NCBI RefSeq assembly: GCF_964355755.1
Contig: NC_092670.1
Location: 37,374,388 to 37,438,387 of the forward strand
Direction of reading: 5' to 3'
DNA: 64,000 nt
DNA from: Antedon mediterranea
Taxonomy: Eukaryota > Animalia > Echinodermata
In this document: positions 13,460 through 26,590 of the stretch, one piece after another
How the letters are laid out: each line of letters begins with the position of its first letter
Numbering within the stretch: position 1 is the stretch's first letter
The notes under the pieces: generated by a model
Database searches by the model: none
What the model saw: the letters and a program-made list of their open reading frames with translations, nothing else
Told to the model about the DNA's origin: nothing
Position numbers and translations under genes: made by a program

Positions 13460-16400
13460 CTAGTTTTGTCAAAAAATAAAAGAGTTGAAATTTTGCAATT
13501 TTTTAAAAAAACCTATGTACTATAGTATAGAAAAATTTCGTAAAAATGGCCGATTTTCGACTCTTTTATTTTTTGACATAAATAGTTACTATTGCATAAT
13601 AAACATGCGCAGAGACGAATAATGGGTTCTGCGCATGTCAATTGTGCTATAGTAACCAGTTTTGACATAAATGGTTACTATAGCATAAAAAACATGCGCA
13701 GAGCCGACTAATGGGTTCTGCGCATGTTAATTGTGCTATAGTAACCAGTTTTATCGAGAAAAAAAAAGGTTGAAAAATTGCCATTTTTTTGAAAAAATCC
13801 CTGTACTATAGTACAGGGAAATTTCCGAAAAATGGCCGACTTCCGACCCTTTTATTTTTTGACATAAATGGTTACTATAGCAATAAACATGCGCAGAGGC
13901 GACTAATGGGTTCTACGCATGTTAATTGTGCTATAGTAACCAGTTTTAGCGAAAAATAAAAAGGTCGAAAAATTGCCATTTTTTGGAACAAATCCCTGTA
14001 CTATAGTACAGGGAAATTTTCGAAAAATTGCCGATTTCCGACCCTTTTATTTTTTGACATAAATAGTTACTATTGCATAATAAATCTGCGCAGAGACGAA
14101 TAATGGGTTCTGCGCATGTCAATTGTGCTATGGTAACCAGTTTTGACATAAATGGTTACTATAGCATAATAAACATGCGCAGAGGCGACTAATGGTTCTG
14201 CGCATGTTAATTGTGCTATAGTAACCAGTTTTATCGAAAAATAAAAAGGTCGAAAAATGGCCATTTTTTGGAAAAAATCCCTGTACAGGAAAATTTTCGA
14301 AAAATTGCCGATTTCCGACCCTTTTATTTTTTGACATAAATAGTTACTATTGCATAATGAACATGCGCAGAGGCGACTAATGGGTTCTACGCATGTCAAT
14401 TGTGCTATAGTAACCAGTTTTGACATAAATGGTTACTATAGCATAAAAAACATGCGCAGAGGCGACTAATGGGTTCTGCGCATGTTAATTGTGCTATAGT
14501 AACCAGTTTTATCGAAAAATAAAAAGGTCGAAAATTTGCCATTTTTTTGAAAAAATCCCTGTACTATAGTACAGGAAAATTTTCGAAAAATTGCCGATTT
14601 CCGACCCTTTTATTTTTTGACATAAATAGTTACTATTGCATAATAAACATGCGCAGAGGCGACTAATGGGTTCTACGCATGTTAATTGTGCTATAGTAAC
14701 CAGTTTTGACATAAATGGTTACTATAGCATAATAAACATGCGCAGAGGCGACTAATGGTTCTGCGCATGTTAATTGTGCTATAGTAACCAGTTTTATCGA
14801 AAAATAAAAAGGTCGAAAAATGGCCATTTTTTGGAAAAAATCCCTGTACTATAGTACAGGAAAATTTTCGAAAAATTGCCGATTTCCGACCCTTTTATTT
14901 TTTGACATAAATGGTTACTATAGCATAAAAAACATGCGCAGAGGCGACTAATGGGTTCTGCACATGTCAATTGTGCTATAGTAACCAGTTTTGACATAAA
15001 TGGTTACTATAGCATAAAAAACATGCGCAGAGGCGACTAATGGGTTCTGCACATGTCAATTGTGCTATAGTAACCAGTTTTGACATAAATGGTTACTATA
15101 GCATGAAAAACATGCGCAGAGGCGACTAATGGGTTCTGCGCATGTTAATTGTGCTATAGTAACCAGTTTTATCGAAAAAAAAAAGGTCGAAAAATGGCCA
15201 TTTTTTTTTAAAAATCCCTGTACTATAGTACAGGGAAATTTTCGAAAAATGGCCGATTTTCGACCCTTTTATTTTTTGACATAAATAGTTACTATTGCAT
15301 AATAAACATGCGCAGAGACGAATAATGGGTTTTGCGCATGTCAATTGTGCTATAGTAACCAGTTTTGACATAAATGGTTACTATAGCATAAAAAAATGCG
15401 CAGAGGCGACTAATGGGTTCTGCGCATGTTAATTGTGCTATAGTAACCAGTTTTATCGAAAAATAAAAAGGTCGAAAATTTGCCATTTTTTTGAAAAAAT
15501 CCCTGTACTATAGTACAGGAAAATTTTCGAAAAATTGCCGATTTCCGACCCTTTTATTTTTTGACATAAATAGTTACTATTGCATAATAAACATGCGCAG
15601 AGGCGACTAATGGGTTCTACGCATGTTAATTGTGCTATAGTAACCAGTTTTAGCGAAAAATAAAAAGGTCGAAAAATTGCCATTTTTTGGAACAAATCCC
15701 TGTACTATAGTACAGGGAAATTTTCGAAAAATTGCCGATTTCCGACCCTTTTATTTTTTGACATAAATAGTTACTATAGCATAAAAAACATGCGCAGAGG
15801 CGACTAATGGGTTCTGCGCATGTTAATTGTGCTATAGTAACCAGTTTTATCGAAAAATAAAAAGGTCGAAAATTTGCCATTTTTTTGAAAAAATCCCTGT
15901 ACTATAGTACAGGAAAATTTTCGAAAAATTGCCGATTTCCGACCCTTTTATTTTTTGACATAAATAGTTACTATTGCATAATAAACATGCGCAGAGGCGA
16001 CTAATGGGTTCTACGCATGTTAATTGTGCTATAGTAACCAGTTTTGACATAAATGGTTACTATAGCATAATAAACATGCGCAGAGGCGACTAATGGTTCT
16101 GCGCATGTTAATTGTGCTATAGTAACCAGTTTTATCGAAAAATAAAAAGGTCGAAAAATGGCCATTTTTTGGAAAAAATCCCTGTACTATAGTACAGGAA
16201 AATTTTCGAAAAATTGCCGATTTCCGACCCTTTTATTTTTTGACATAAATGGTTACTATAGCATAAAAAACATGCGCAGAGGCGACTAATGGGTTCTGCA
16301 CATGTCAATTGTGCTATAGTAACCAGTTTTGACATAAATGGTTACTATAGCATAAAAAACATGCGCAGAGGCGACTAATGGGTTCTGCACATGTCAATTG

Positions 16401-17870
16401 TGCTATAGTAACCAGTTTTGACATAAATGGTTACTATAGCATGAAAAACATGCGCAGAGGCGACTAATGGGTTCTGCGCATGTTAATTGTGCTATAGTAA
16501 CCAGTTTTATCGAAAAAAAAAAGGTCGAAAAATGGCCATTTTTTTTTAAAAATCCCTGTACTATAGTACAGGGAAATTTTCGAAAAATGGCCGATTTTCG
16601 ACCCTTTTATTTTTTGACATAAATAGTTACTATTGCATAATAAACATGCGCAGAGACGAATAATGGGTTTTGCGCATGTCAATTGTGCTATAGTAACCAG
16701 TTTTGACATAAATGGTTACTATAGCATAAAAAAATGCGCAGAGGCGACTAATGGGTTCTGCGCATGTTAATTGTGCTATAGTAACCAGTTTTATCGAAAA
16801 ATAAAAAGGTCGAAAATTTGCCATTTTTTTGAAAAAATCCCTGTACTATAGTACAGGAAAATTTTCGAAAAATTGCCGATTTCCGACCCTTTTATTTTTT
16901 GACATAAATAGTTACTATTGCATAATAAACATGCGCAGAGGCGACTAATGGGTTCTACGCATGTTAATTGTGCTATAGTAACCAGTTTTGACATAAATGG
17001 TTACTATAGCATAAAAAACATGCGCAGAGGCGACTAATGGGTTCTGCGCATGTTAATTGTGCTATAGTAACCAGTTTTATCGAAAAATAAAATGGTTGAA
17101 AAATTGCCATTTTTTGAAAAAATCCCTGTACTATAGTACAGGGAAATTTCCGAAAAATTGCCGATTTTCGACCCTTTTATTTTTTGACATAAATAGTTAC
17201 TATTGCATAATAAACATGCGCAGAGACGAATAATGGGTTCTGCACATGTCAATTGTGCTATAGTAACCAGTTTTGACATAAATGGTTACTATAGCATAAA
17301 AAACATGCGCAGAGGCGACTAATGGGTTCTGCGCATGTTAATTGTGCTATAGTAACCAGTTTTATCGAGAAAAAAAAAGGTTGAAAAATGGCCATTTTTT
17401 GGAAAAAATCCCTGTACTATAGTACAGGAAAATTTTCGAAAAATTGCCGATTTCCGACCCTTTTATTTTTTGACATAAATGGTTACTATAGCAATAAACA
17501 TGCGCAGAGGCGACTAATGGGTTCTACGCATGTTAATTGTGCTATAGTAACCAGTTTTATCGAAAAATAAAAAGGTCGAAAAATTGCCATTTTTTGGAAA
17601 AAAATCCCTGTACTATAGTACAGGGAAATTTTCAAAAAATGGCCGATTTTTTACCCTTTTATTTTTTGACATAAATAGTTACTATTGCATAATAAACATG
17701 CGCAGAAACGAATAATGGGTTCTGCGCATGTCAATTGTGCTATAGTAACCAGTTTTGACATAAATGGTTACTATAGCATAATAAACATGCGCAGAGGCGA
17801 CTAATGGTTCTGCGCATGTTAATTGTGCTATAGTAACCAGTTTTATCTAAAAATAAAAAGGTCGAAAATT
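13460..17870. repeat. Satellite of ~89-bp and ~108-bp palindromic units with 1338-bp higher-order repeat
   Basis: Unit A has GGTTACTATAGCA/TGCTATAGTAACC and AACATGCGCAGA/TCTGCGCATGTT arms; unit B is centred on CCCTGTACTATAGTACAGGG. Identical ORFs recur at +1338. Confidence 0.95.
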
Positions 17871-18015
17871 TCACCTTTTCAAAATTCAATTATTATGCGA
17901 TAATATGGCTATGTATTGCTTTGTATCATCTTATAGAGCCATAGTAACTAGTTTTGTCTAAAAATAAAAGAGTTGAATTTTTTTTCGAAAATTGCGTAAA
18001 ATATCACCTTCTTAT

Positions 18016-18740
18016 TCTTGGAACAACTCGGAACTTACTCGAAACTACTGAGTACTACTTGGACTACTCGGGATTACTCGGAACTAAACGTCACTACTCG
18101 GAACTACTCGGAACTACTCTGAACTGCTCTGAACTGCTCGAAACTACTCGAAACTACTCAGAACTAATTGTACCTACTCGGAACTACTCGGAACTATTCG
18201 GATCTACTCGAAACTACTCGGAACTACTCATCCCTACTCGTCACTACTCGAAACTACTCGAAACCACGCGAAACCACTCTGAACTACTCGGATCTACTCG
18301 GAACTACTCGGAACTACTCGGAACTTCTCATCACTACTCATCCCTACTCGTTACTACTCGAAACTACTCAAAACCACTCGAAACCACTCGGAACTACTCG
18401 GATCTACTCGTAACTACTCGGAACTACTCGGAACTACTCGCAACTTCTCATCACTACTCGGAACTACTCGTCAATACTCGAAACTACTCGGAAGTACTCG
18501 GAAGTACTCGGAACTTCTCGGAACTTCTCGGAACTACTCGGAACTACTCAAAACTACTCAGAAGTACTCGGAAGTACTCGGAATTTCTCGGAACTTCTCG
18601 GAACTACTCAGAAATACTCGTCACTACTCGGAACTTCTCGGAACTACTCGGAACTACTCGTCAATACTCTGAACTGCTCGGCACTACTCGAAACTTCTCG
18701 GAACTACTCGGATCTACTCGTCATTTCTCGAAACTTCTCT
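18016..18740. repeat. 10-bp tandem array (GAACTACTCG)n, second block
   Basis: About 70 degenerate copies; same leader as 12665. Confidence 0.95.
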
Positions 18741-18956
18741 TATAGAGCTAAAGTAACAAGTTTTGTCGAAAAATAAAAGGGTCAAAATTTGCCATTTTTG
18801 GAAAAATGCCCAAAATATCACCTTTTTAAAATTCAATTATTATGCTGTAATATGGCTATATATTGCTTTGTATCATCTAATAGAGCCATAGTAACTAGTT
18901 TTGTCGAAAAATAAAAGGATTGAAATTTTGCAATTTTTTGAAAAAATCCCTATACT

Positions 18957-20331
18957 GTACAGTTGATTTTAGTAAGGCATTCGACCGAATTAATCACACT
19001 ACCTTAATCAAAAAATTAATTAAATACAACATCTGTCCATCTGTGATCCCAACCGTTTGTAGCTTTTTAGCTGGTAGGTCACAATGTGTTAGGTTTAATG
19101 GAAGTTTATCATCCTTCAAACCAGTCACATGTGGAGTGCCCCAGGGAACCAAATTAGGGCCTATACTTTTCACGGTGATGGTAAATGACCTGTTAGAGCA
19201 CGTTCCTGAGAGATGGAAGTTCGTGGACGATTTGACGATCGGTGAAATTAATCGTGTACCTCGAGGTAGGTGGTGATACTACTTTGGTTAGTCATTCTCT
19301 TCAGAGTTATCTCGATGCACTTCAGACCTGGTGTGATGAGAATGATATGCAACCTAACCCTGCTAAATGCAATGTAATGCATGTTCATTTTATGAGGAAT
19401 GAACCCAATTTTGTACCGTTAACAATTGGAGACAATGTTAGAAGAGAAGTCTGTTGTTAAGTTACTGGGTGTCTTATTACAAAAGAACATGAAATGGGAT
19501 TATCAAGTTAATGAAATGATATCCAAGTCCTCTCGTCGTTTGTTTATGTTATATATTTTAAAACGATATGGTGCACCTCGGGATGATCTTGTCTTTACCT
19601 ATATAACGTACATCAGGCCCTTACTGGAGTATGCTAGTCCTCTATGGCATTCAGCAATCACTAAACAGCAATGCACCCAGTTGGAATTTGTTCAAAAAAG
19701 AGCCTTTAAGATCATCATATCGGATATAACAACTACACGGGGTACCAAGACACTTTAGAAATCTTGAATATAACATCTTTACAAGACAGACGGTTAGGTG
19801 TACTTGCCAAATTTGGAAGCAGTCTGGTGACATCTGGGCGTTTCACTTCGTGGATACCCGAGAACATCAAGCCCGAGAGGACTTTACGTTCCTTCAACAA
19901 GTACTGTGTACCTAGATGTAGAACTAACCGTTATGGGAATTCAACTCTTCCTAGTGCAATAAGAATTTTAAGTAAATAATAATACAGTAATTGTATTGAT
20001 CCTTGGAATTAATGACATTTTTTAATTTAAATTTTAAGAGGACTTTATAAATACTGAATAATGAATAATTTTAAACTTGTATATATTTCTGAATTTCTAT
20101 TAATTAGATCTAATAATAATCATTAATTTTAAATTTGTGCATATTATATTTTTGTATGATGTTTTAATTGGTTTTGTTTTTATGTCAATTTTAGTATAGG
20201 CCTATTGTTTTATATCTTTATCTCGGTTTTTTTGTTGTACCTTTTGTAAACTCATAAGATTTTCAACTTTTGTTGCATTTTGAGTGTTATACCTAATAAA
20301 TAAATTAAAATAAATAAATAAATAAATAAAA
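18957..20331 (+). mobile_element. 5'-truncated, frameshifted non-LTR retrotransposon (CR1/L2/Crack-like RT C-terminus)
   Basis: DFSKAFD, GVPQGTKLGP, KFVDD, KLLGV, RPLLEYA, LEFVQKRA over several frames; AT-rich 3' UTR and (TAAA)n tail; satellite resumes at 20332. Confidence 0.9.
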
Positions 20332-20890
20332 ATAGTACAGGGATTTTTTCGAAAAATGCCCAAAATATTACCTTTTTAAAATTCAATTATTATGCGATAA
20401 TATGGCTATATATTATCCTATAGAGCCATAGTAACTAGTTTTGTCGAAAAATAAAAGAGTTGAAATTTTGCAATTTTTTGAAAAGAACAATGTGCTATAT
20501 AGTACAGGGATTTTTTTTTTAAATACCCAAAATATCACCTTTTCAAAATTCAATTATTATGCGATAATATGGCTATATATTGCTTTGTATCATCTTATAG
20601 GGCCATAGTAACTAGTTTTGTCGAAAAATAAAAGGGTTGACATTTTGCCATTTTTGGAAAAGAAATCCCTGTACTATAGTAGGCCTACAGGAATTTTTTC
20701 GAAAAATGCCCAAAATATCGCCCTTTTAAAATAATTTATTATGCGATAATATGGCTATATATTGCTTTGTATCATCTTATAGAGCCATAGCAACTAGTTT
20801 TGTCGAAAAATAAAACGGATGAAATTTTTCGAAAAATGGCCAAAACACCAAGTTTTTTTAATTCAATTATTAGGCGATATTATTGCTATA
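20332..20890. repeat. ~180-bp tandem units related to the satellite
   Basis: Repeats of AATTCAATTATTATGCGATAATATGGCTATA...GTAACTAGTTTTGTCGAAAAATAAAA, also at 13225-13460 and 18740-18955. Confidence 0.9.
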
Positions 20891-21467
20891 TATGTTTTTG
20901 TTTTATTTTATCGAATGAAGGTGATCTTTTGATGTTGAACGATAATACATTTCAAAAGCAAAAAAAAGATTTTTGAAGTTTTTTTTTTTAGTTTGTTTTT
21001 TGTTTATGTGTGCAGGGTTTTTTTCGCGTTTAGTTTTGCGCGGTGTTTTTCGAGACGGAGTTTTTCGCGTTTTTATTTTTGCTGAAATAAGAACTTAATT
21101 ACAATGGTTAGTGAAGGAATCGAACCACTTACCTTGTTTGTTGTCTCGGTGTGTCTCTGCTGCACGATGACGTTTTACTCGTTGAGCCGTTGAACCCGGG
21201 TGATAGATGAACCGTTCTTTTGTTCTCTCATGATGGATATCGCGCATGTGTACATGGAATTTGTTACGTCACTATTATTAGGATAACCATACTATTACTG
21301 TAGTCGTATTGTACAATTACAGAGATATAACTATTAGAATGCAAAATACGTACATCGCAGAAATATTTGTATATTTATATTTAGTTGTATTTAGTTATCA
21401 GAATGATTATTTTGAATGTGTTTTTAGGCCTACTACTACGCATTCTCCGCAGCGCGCAGTGTCTGTA

Positions 21468-22080
21468 CAGGGGTGGATCCAGGATTTTTGTGAAGTGGGG
21501 GGGGGGGGGGGGCGGGCGCAACTGTAGAGAGTCCACATCAAGTGAGCGCCACTATGGTTGGGGCTGAGTTGAGACGATTTTGAAAATGTAAAACCTTTAG
21601 ATGGTCGGAAATGGCACTCTCACGTTTGTATAAATGTTTTAGATATGAAAACTGAGGTATTAGCCTATTAAAGGGTGACATATTTTCTATAGGCCTATTT
21701 TGAGTAAAAGCGTCACAACAGGGCGTTTTGCGCAAATATCGCCCTTTTAAAATAATTTATTATGCGATAATATGGCTATATATTGCTTTGTATCATCTTA
21801 TAGAGCCATAGCAACTAGTTTTGTCGAAAAATAAAACGGATGAAATTTTTCGAAAAATGGCCAAAACACCAAGTTTGTATAAATGTATTAAAAATTGATA
21901 TTTTAGATATGAAAACTGAGGTATTAGCCTATTAAAGGGTGACATTTTCTCTATAGGCCTATTTTGAGTAAGCGTCACAACAGGGCGTTTCGCGCAAATC
22001 GGCGGGAAAAGGTGCTTTTCCGGGGCCGTCGACAGGAACTGTGGCGAAGCGAACTTTGTTAAATGACGCAATGGTACAAT
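21468..22080. mobile_element. Rearranged hAT-like MITE remnant
   Basis: Starts CAGGGGTGGATCCAGGATTTT + G-run; similar start at 42088; right end uncertain. Confidence 0.45.
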
Positions 22081-22874
22081 CTTGCACATAAAAATTCATG
22101 ATAAATGGCACCTCTAATTTGGAGGAAAATACACTCTCATATGTAGCATGCTACCAATGAGCAAAACGATCATACTTCTTCCCTCCAATAAACACACGTG
22201 ACTAATTACAGGACGATATAACATTTTGTTGCCGATTTTATTCACTCATTTTTTAGTTTTGATTGCGTTGCGTTCAAGTTCAATGCAAACGTACATCTAG
22301 GGGAAGCCCCGAAAAAAAGCGCAAATTCAATGTTTATTATAGCTCAATATTTATTTACATCAATTTGTTCGAGAAATTAAATATATAAATAGGTATTGAT
22401 ACAGTTGGATGGATAGCAGAATTATCAATAACTCTCCCCTCGTAAAAATGGTATCGTCTAGTTTTCCCGCACAAATCGCATTTACGAAAAGCCACCACCA
22501 CGTGGCAGGCAGCATCAAGCGAGTTATTGTTTGGTATACCTAGACAATACAATAGTATTAATATTAATACTATTTTAGTCCTCTAGTCGGATCCCTCTAG
22601 GCAATGAGCTTATATAGATTAGCCAAACTATAATAAAAGCTCATCATTGATTCATTAATTCTTCCGACCTGGCTAGCTAGAGTAGGCCTAGTAGTTATCA
22701 GTCAGTCAGTGTCACTTTACCACCAGGGAAGACAGGCATACCATAGCTAGTAGCCTACTAGGTAGGCTTAGGTAAGGCTAAATACTTTAGGCCCAATATT
22801 AGCTAATGACAGTGTACAGTTTCTTTCAGGTTGTACCAAACAGGAAAGATATTGATAGTGAAAATATATTATAT

Positions 22875-22904
22875 CATTGAGATATATACTATAATATCTC
22901 TATG
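22875..22904. mobile_element. 30-bp CAT...ATG micro-element with 7-bp TSD
   Basis: ATTATAT|CATTGAGATAT...ATATCTCTATG|ATTATAT. Confidence 0.6.
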
Positions 22905-23073
22905 ATTATATCTCTGTATTACCAGGGAGTTGTTTACAACAACAAGATTAGGCTGGGCTAAACTGGTACTGGTAGACACTGACATTACTTTTTTTGCACA
23001 TTCTACCTGTAGATTAATAATTGTTTTGTTTTTTATGACATTCAGTTTTATTTTAAATCAGTTTAGATCAACT

Positions 23074-23892
23074 ATGAAGCCAGCAACAAGTCTTCAACAA
23101 GCTCGAAATAAATTGGTTAGATTTCCTATTGCATTGTCTCAATGTTCGCAGCAGGTAGGTGATGAGAGGTTACCAATAGTTGTCTGTTTATTCTACAACC
23201 AGCATACCGTCAACTCTTTCAAACAGGGCTCCTCAGTCAAATTCATTCGTTGATAATTGTATTCTTTAAAACATACTCTTGTGCAATCAACTCCAAAAAA
23301 AAACAACCAAATTGTGTGTCTTTTGTGCCCATCTTCATCATCTAACCTTGGAGGGGTGGTGTCCAAAAAATGTCCACTATTTTAGGCCTAAACAAGGTCT
23401 ATAAGTAAGCTGTACTACAAATGTGCAATGTTAGTTAGTAATAGAACTTAATAGATATACTGTAATATTCAGCCTACAGCTCTTACATTACTTTCCTCAT
23501 CATCAGTCAAGGTTGTTTTTCAGGCATCAGCATATGCAAAGTGCGTTTCTAGTAAAGACACAGTTTCCAAGAATTTGTGTGCAAATGAATTTCAAACATT
23601 TTATAAATGTTTCCAAGCAGCAGTAAGTATAGGGCAACTATGAATACTGTGTTAAGCTCTGTCTACACTATCAAAACTAGTTTTACAAAAAAAAGTGTGA
23701 TGTGCCCAAATATGGTAGTGATGTGCACGAATATGGTAGTGATGTGATATCATCATGTCCATATATGGGCACATCACATTTTTTTTTCGTAAAGTTTGAT
23801 AAGTGTATACTGTATAAATGTAACACATTCTTCATCTATTCTCTACTGAATATTACTGTATTTGTTTCCCTTGGTAGGTAAAAAGAAAATGA
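23074..23892 (+). CDS. NDUFAF8: Complex I assembly factor NDUFAF8 (twin CX9C), 64 aa
   Basis: Exons 23074-23154, 23524-23622, 23878-23892: MKPATSLQQARNKLVRFPIALSQCSQQ|ASAYAKCVSSKDTVSKNLCANEFQTFYKCFQAA|VKRK*. Confidence 0.88.
23655..23810. mobile_element. MITE family B
   Basis: Left TIR intact, right TIR disrupted. Confidence 0.8.
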
Positions 23893-26289
23893 ATTTACCC
23901 ATATGCAGCAGTGATATATGTTGTGCTCAGGAGTGACAGTGATATCAATAATAACATACATTTTACTTGGCAAGGACATATTAAACTATATGGATAGGAA
24001 CCATATAGGAACACAAAGGCCGATCTTTCTCCCGATAATCTCCTTCCTCCTGCGAAAGTTGCAATTTCTCCAGATTGTTAATGTTGATTGGATATACTGT
24101 ACAACCATGGTACAACAAAAACACCTGATAATGCTACTACTAGGCCGAAGGGTGTAAAATGTGTCGCCATAAGAATCAGTGCACATCAGCATATGCCACA
24201 TTGCCTGGCAAACCCACTATTTACAATGAATGCGGATGCCAGATATTTAATAGCACCCTCTGTGGTTTATAAAGTCTTGGATTTTTATTCTTAATCAAAA
24301 ATCATTATTGAATTATTATAAAACAAAAGTACACATAAAGAGTTACTTTTCACCAATTAGTGCATGTTTTTTATTTACATTGTTAAAAATCTTTTTTTTT
24401 TTCAAAAAACAAATTTCTTATCATTTTTCATCATACAAAAATAGCATACATTTCCTGTTATTAAAAACAAATACTACGTACATTAGCAACTAAACAAAGA
24501 AAACATCAAATGAACAACTATTTGAGGTTTTCAATGCTTAAAGGAATTGCTCCAGCAATAAATAAATTAATCCACAAAAAGCTGTTAATACGTATTCTTA
24601 TTTTGATCATGCTGTGGCTGTTTAAATTACTTTTACCGGAACTAGCCAATAAACAACATTATTTACCTAAACCTCTGTTGTGAGGTAAACTTTCACAACA
24701 TCATAAGTTTTGATAATTTTTTTTAATCAACATTGATGCTTCAACTGTGACAAATTGTAATGGAATATTGTTGATGTTTCATTATCTCTCAAAAATGCAA
24801 AAACAATTCATATAAACCGTATTCCAAAAAGAAAAGCTTTTCTGCTGTTGGATAAGTTGTACTAGTTGTTGGAAATGAACAAGCTTACTCACAAACAACA
24901 TATCTAATTAAGAATTATAATATTTTAACTGGATAAGTCAATTTGCACAAGCTATGTTTACATATTCTCTTTTACTGAAGTTAAATTGCAGTCTATTGCA
25001 TTGTGGTTAAACTTGTTCTGGTTCAAACACAAAAACACACCAATTATTCATCTTAATCATCCAATCTGGTGGGAAGATACTTGTAACTTGAATATGATCA
25101 GCTTAACTCAAGTGTAATGTGTGAACACAGCATTAGGAAGTGTTGGATTTTTACCTCTATTTCAAAAGAAACGGCATAACTACCAACAAAATTGAAGAGG
25201 GTCAACAATATTTCAGCATATTAATTTCAAAATGTTGTTTCCCACAATGTCATGTCCATCAATGCGATTTTTTATCACGATATATATACATACAAAAAAT
25301 ATATGTTTTTTTTTATAATATCAATACCAGTAATGACAAATACACACATTTTTAATTAAAGCATACATGGTAAATAAAAGGAAGGAATTTAGTGTGAATC
25401 CACCTTTATATTTTTGGAAGCTGAGTTTGATATGATTGTAAATTGTTTACAAAATTGAAGAAAAAAATTATACACCGCACAAATATACAATCAACCTGTA
25501 ATTAAATAATAAATATGTATTAACAAATTTACTATATATAAATTACATCTTTTGTCAACAAGCAAAACCATCAGAGCAATTCTATTCATGATTTTATTTA
25601 AAAAATAGCAAATACCAAATTGTATGCAAAACCTTTACTATTGCATATTTATAAACATTTTACAAGCCATGAGCGTTAACTGGCTAAAACCCAGGGGTTC
25701 AGGATCTTACAGAGGCCCATGAGCAGAGCAGAGAAAATACATTGGAAAAAAAAAGGCTGAAAAATCGAAGGCCTCCAGCTTACAGGGCCACTTAGGGTCT
25801 ATGAATCGAACCTCTGTTTTACACCACTGACCATACTCATTACCTCCTCAATAACGCCCATACTGTAGAATCTCTTCCACCAAAGCCCCCACCACCACCT
25901 TAGTCCTCTCAGAATCCTCTTCACCTCAGTCCCCCTCAAAAAACACCCAATAATAATCGAATAGAGGTGGGAGTGTTTAGATCTGGCTTGTAGCTTAGCT
26001 CGCACCAAAAAAGTCGGTGAAGACTTTGGTGGGAAATAAACTTAAATTTAATTATTTACAATTTATATAAATGATTTTTATTTGTAAATTGCAGTTGATA
26101 ATTACTGATTTGAAATACAGGTAGTATACTGATACAGACAAGAATACTGTACTTTTACTAATTAAAACAAAACTAAAAAAACATTAAAGCACTCTCCCTA
26201 ATTAATTAATTAATTAATTAGAGACTGATCAGTTAAGGGTCAAACAGTTCACATTGTAAAGCTTGATCACATAATAAATATATGTTTAT

Positions 26290-26590
26290 CCAAAGGCAAA
26301 AATTATGCTGTGGGTGTCAGTGACTGGATCTCAATGGAGATACAAAATAAAAGCGTAAAGCTAAATCAAAACGAGAAGTAAAACAGCCAGAAAAGTTAGC
26401 AGAGCTTTCGGGCAACACTAGCCCTTCATCAGTGCAAATGATATGTATATATAAAAGGCATATTACTGAAAGATTACGATGCTGTGGGTATCAGTGGCTG
26501 GAGCCCAATGGAGATACAAATAAAACAACCAGAAAGCTAAATCAAAAAACAGCTAGGAATAAATACAGTAGCCCTTCCTCAGTGTAATAT
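26290..26590 (-). mobile_element. Tandem Penelope-like terminal repeats (2 units)
   Basis: Two related ~160-bp units; the first carries a hammerhead core; a fragment also occurs at ~38535-38576. Confidence 0.6.
26396..26438 (-). ncRNA. Minimal type I hammerhead ribozyme
   Basis: Minus strand: GCA-CUGAUGA-A-GGGC-uaguguu-GCCC-GAAA-GCUC-UGC. Confidence 0.7.

Noticed and set aside
13460-17870. CRISPR-like array of palindromic repeats
   Set aside because: No unique spacers, no cas genes, eukaryotic context.
12650-18745. Repetitive ORFs (ELLGTTRNYS; MSKLVTIAQLTC...)
   Set aside because: Translations of tandem repeats, with no splice structure or domain.
23918-24294. ORFs after NDUFAF8 suggesting a bicistronic mRNA
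   Set aside because: Short, no recognisable motif; consistent with 3' UTR.
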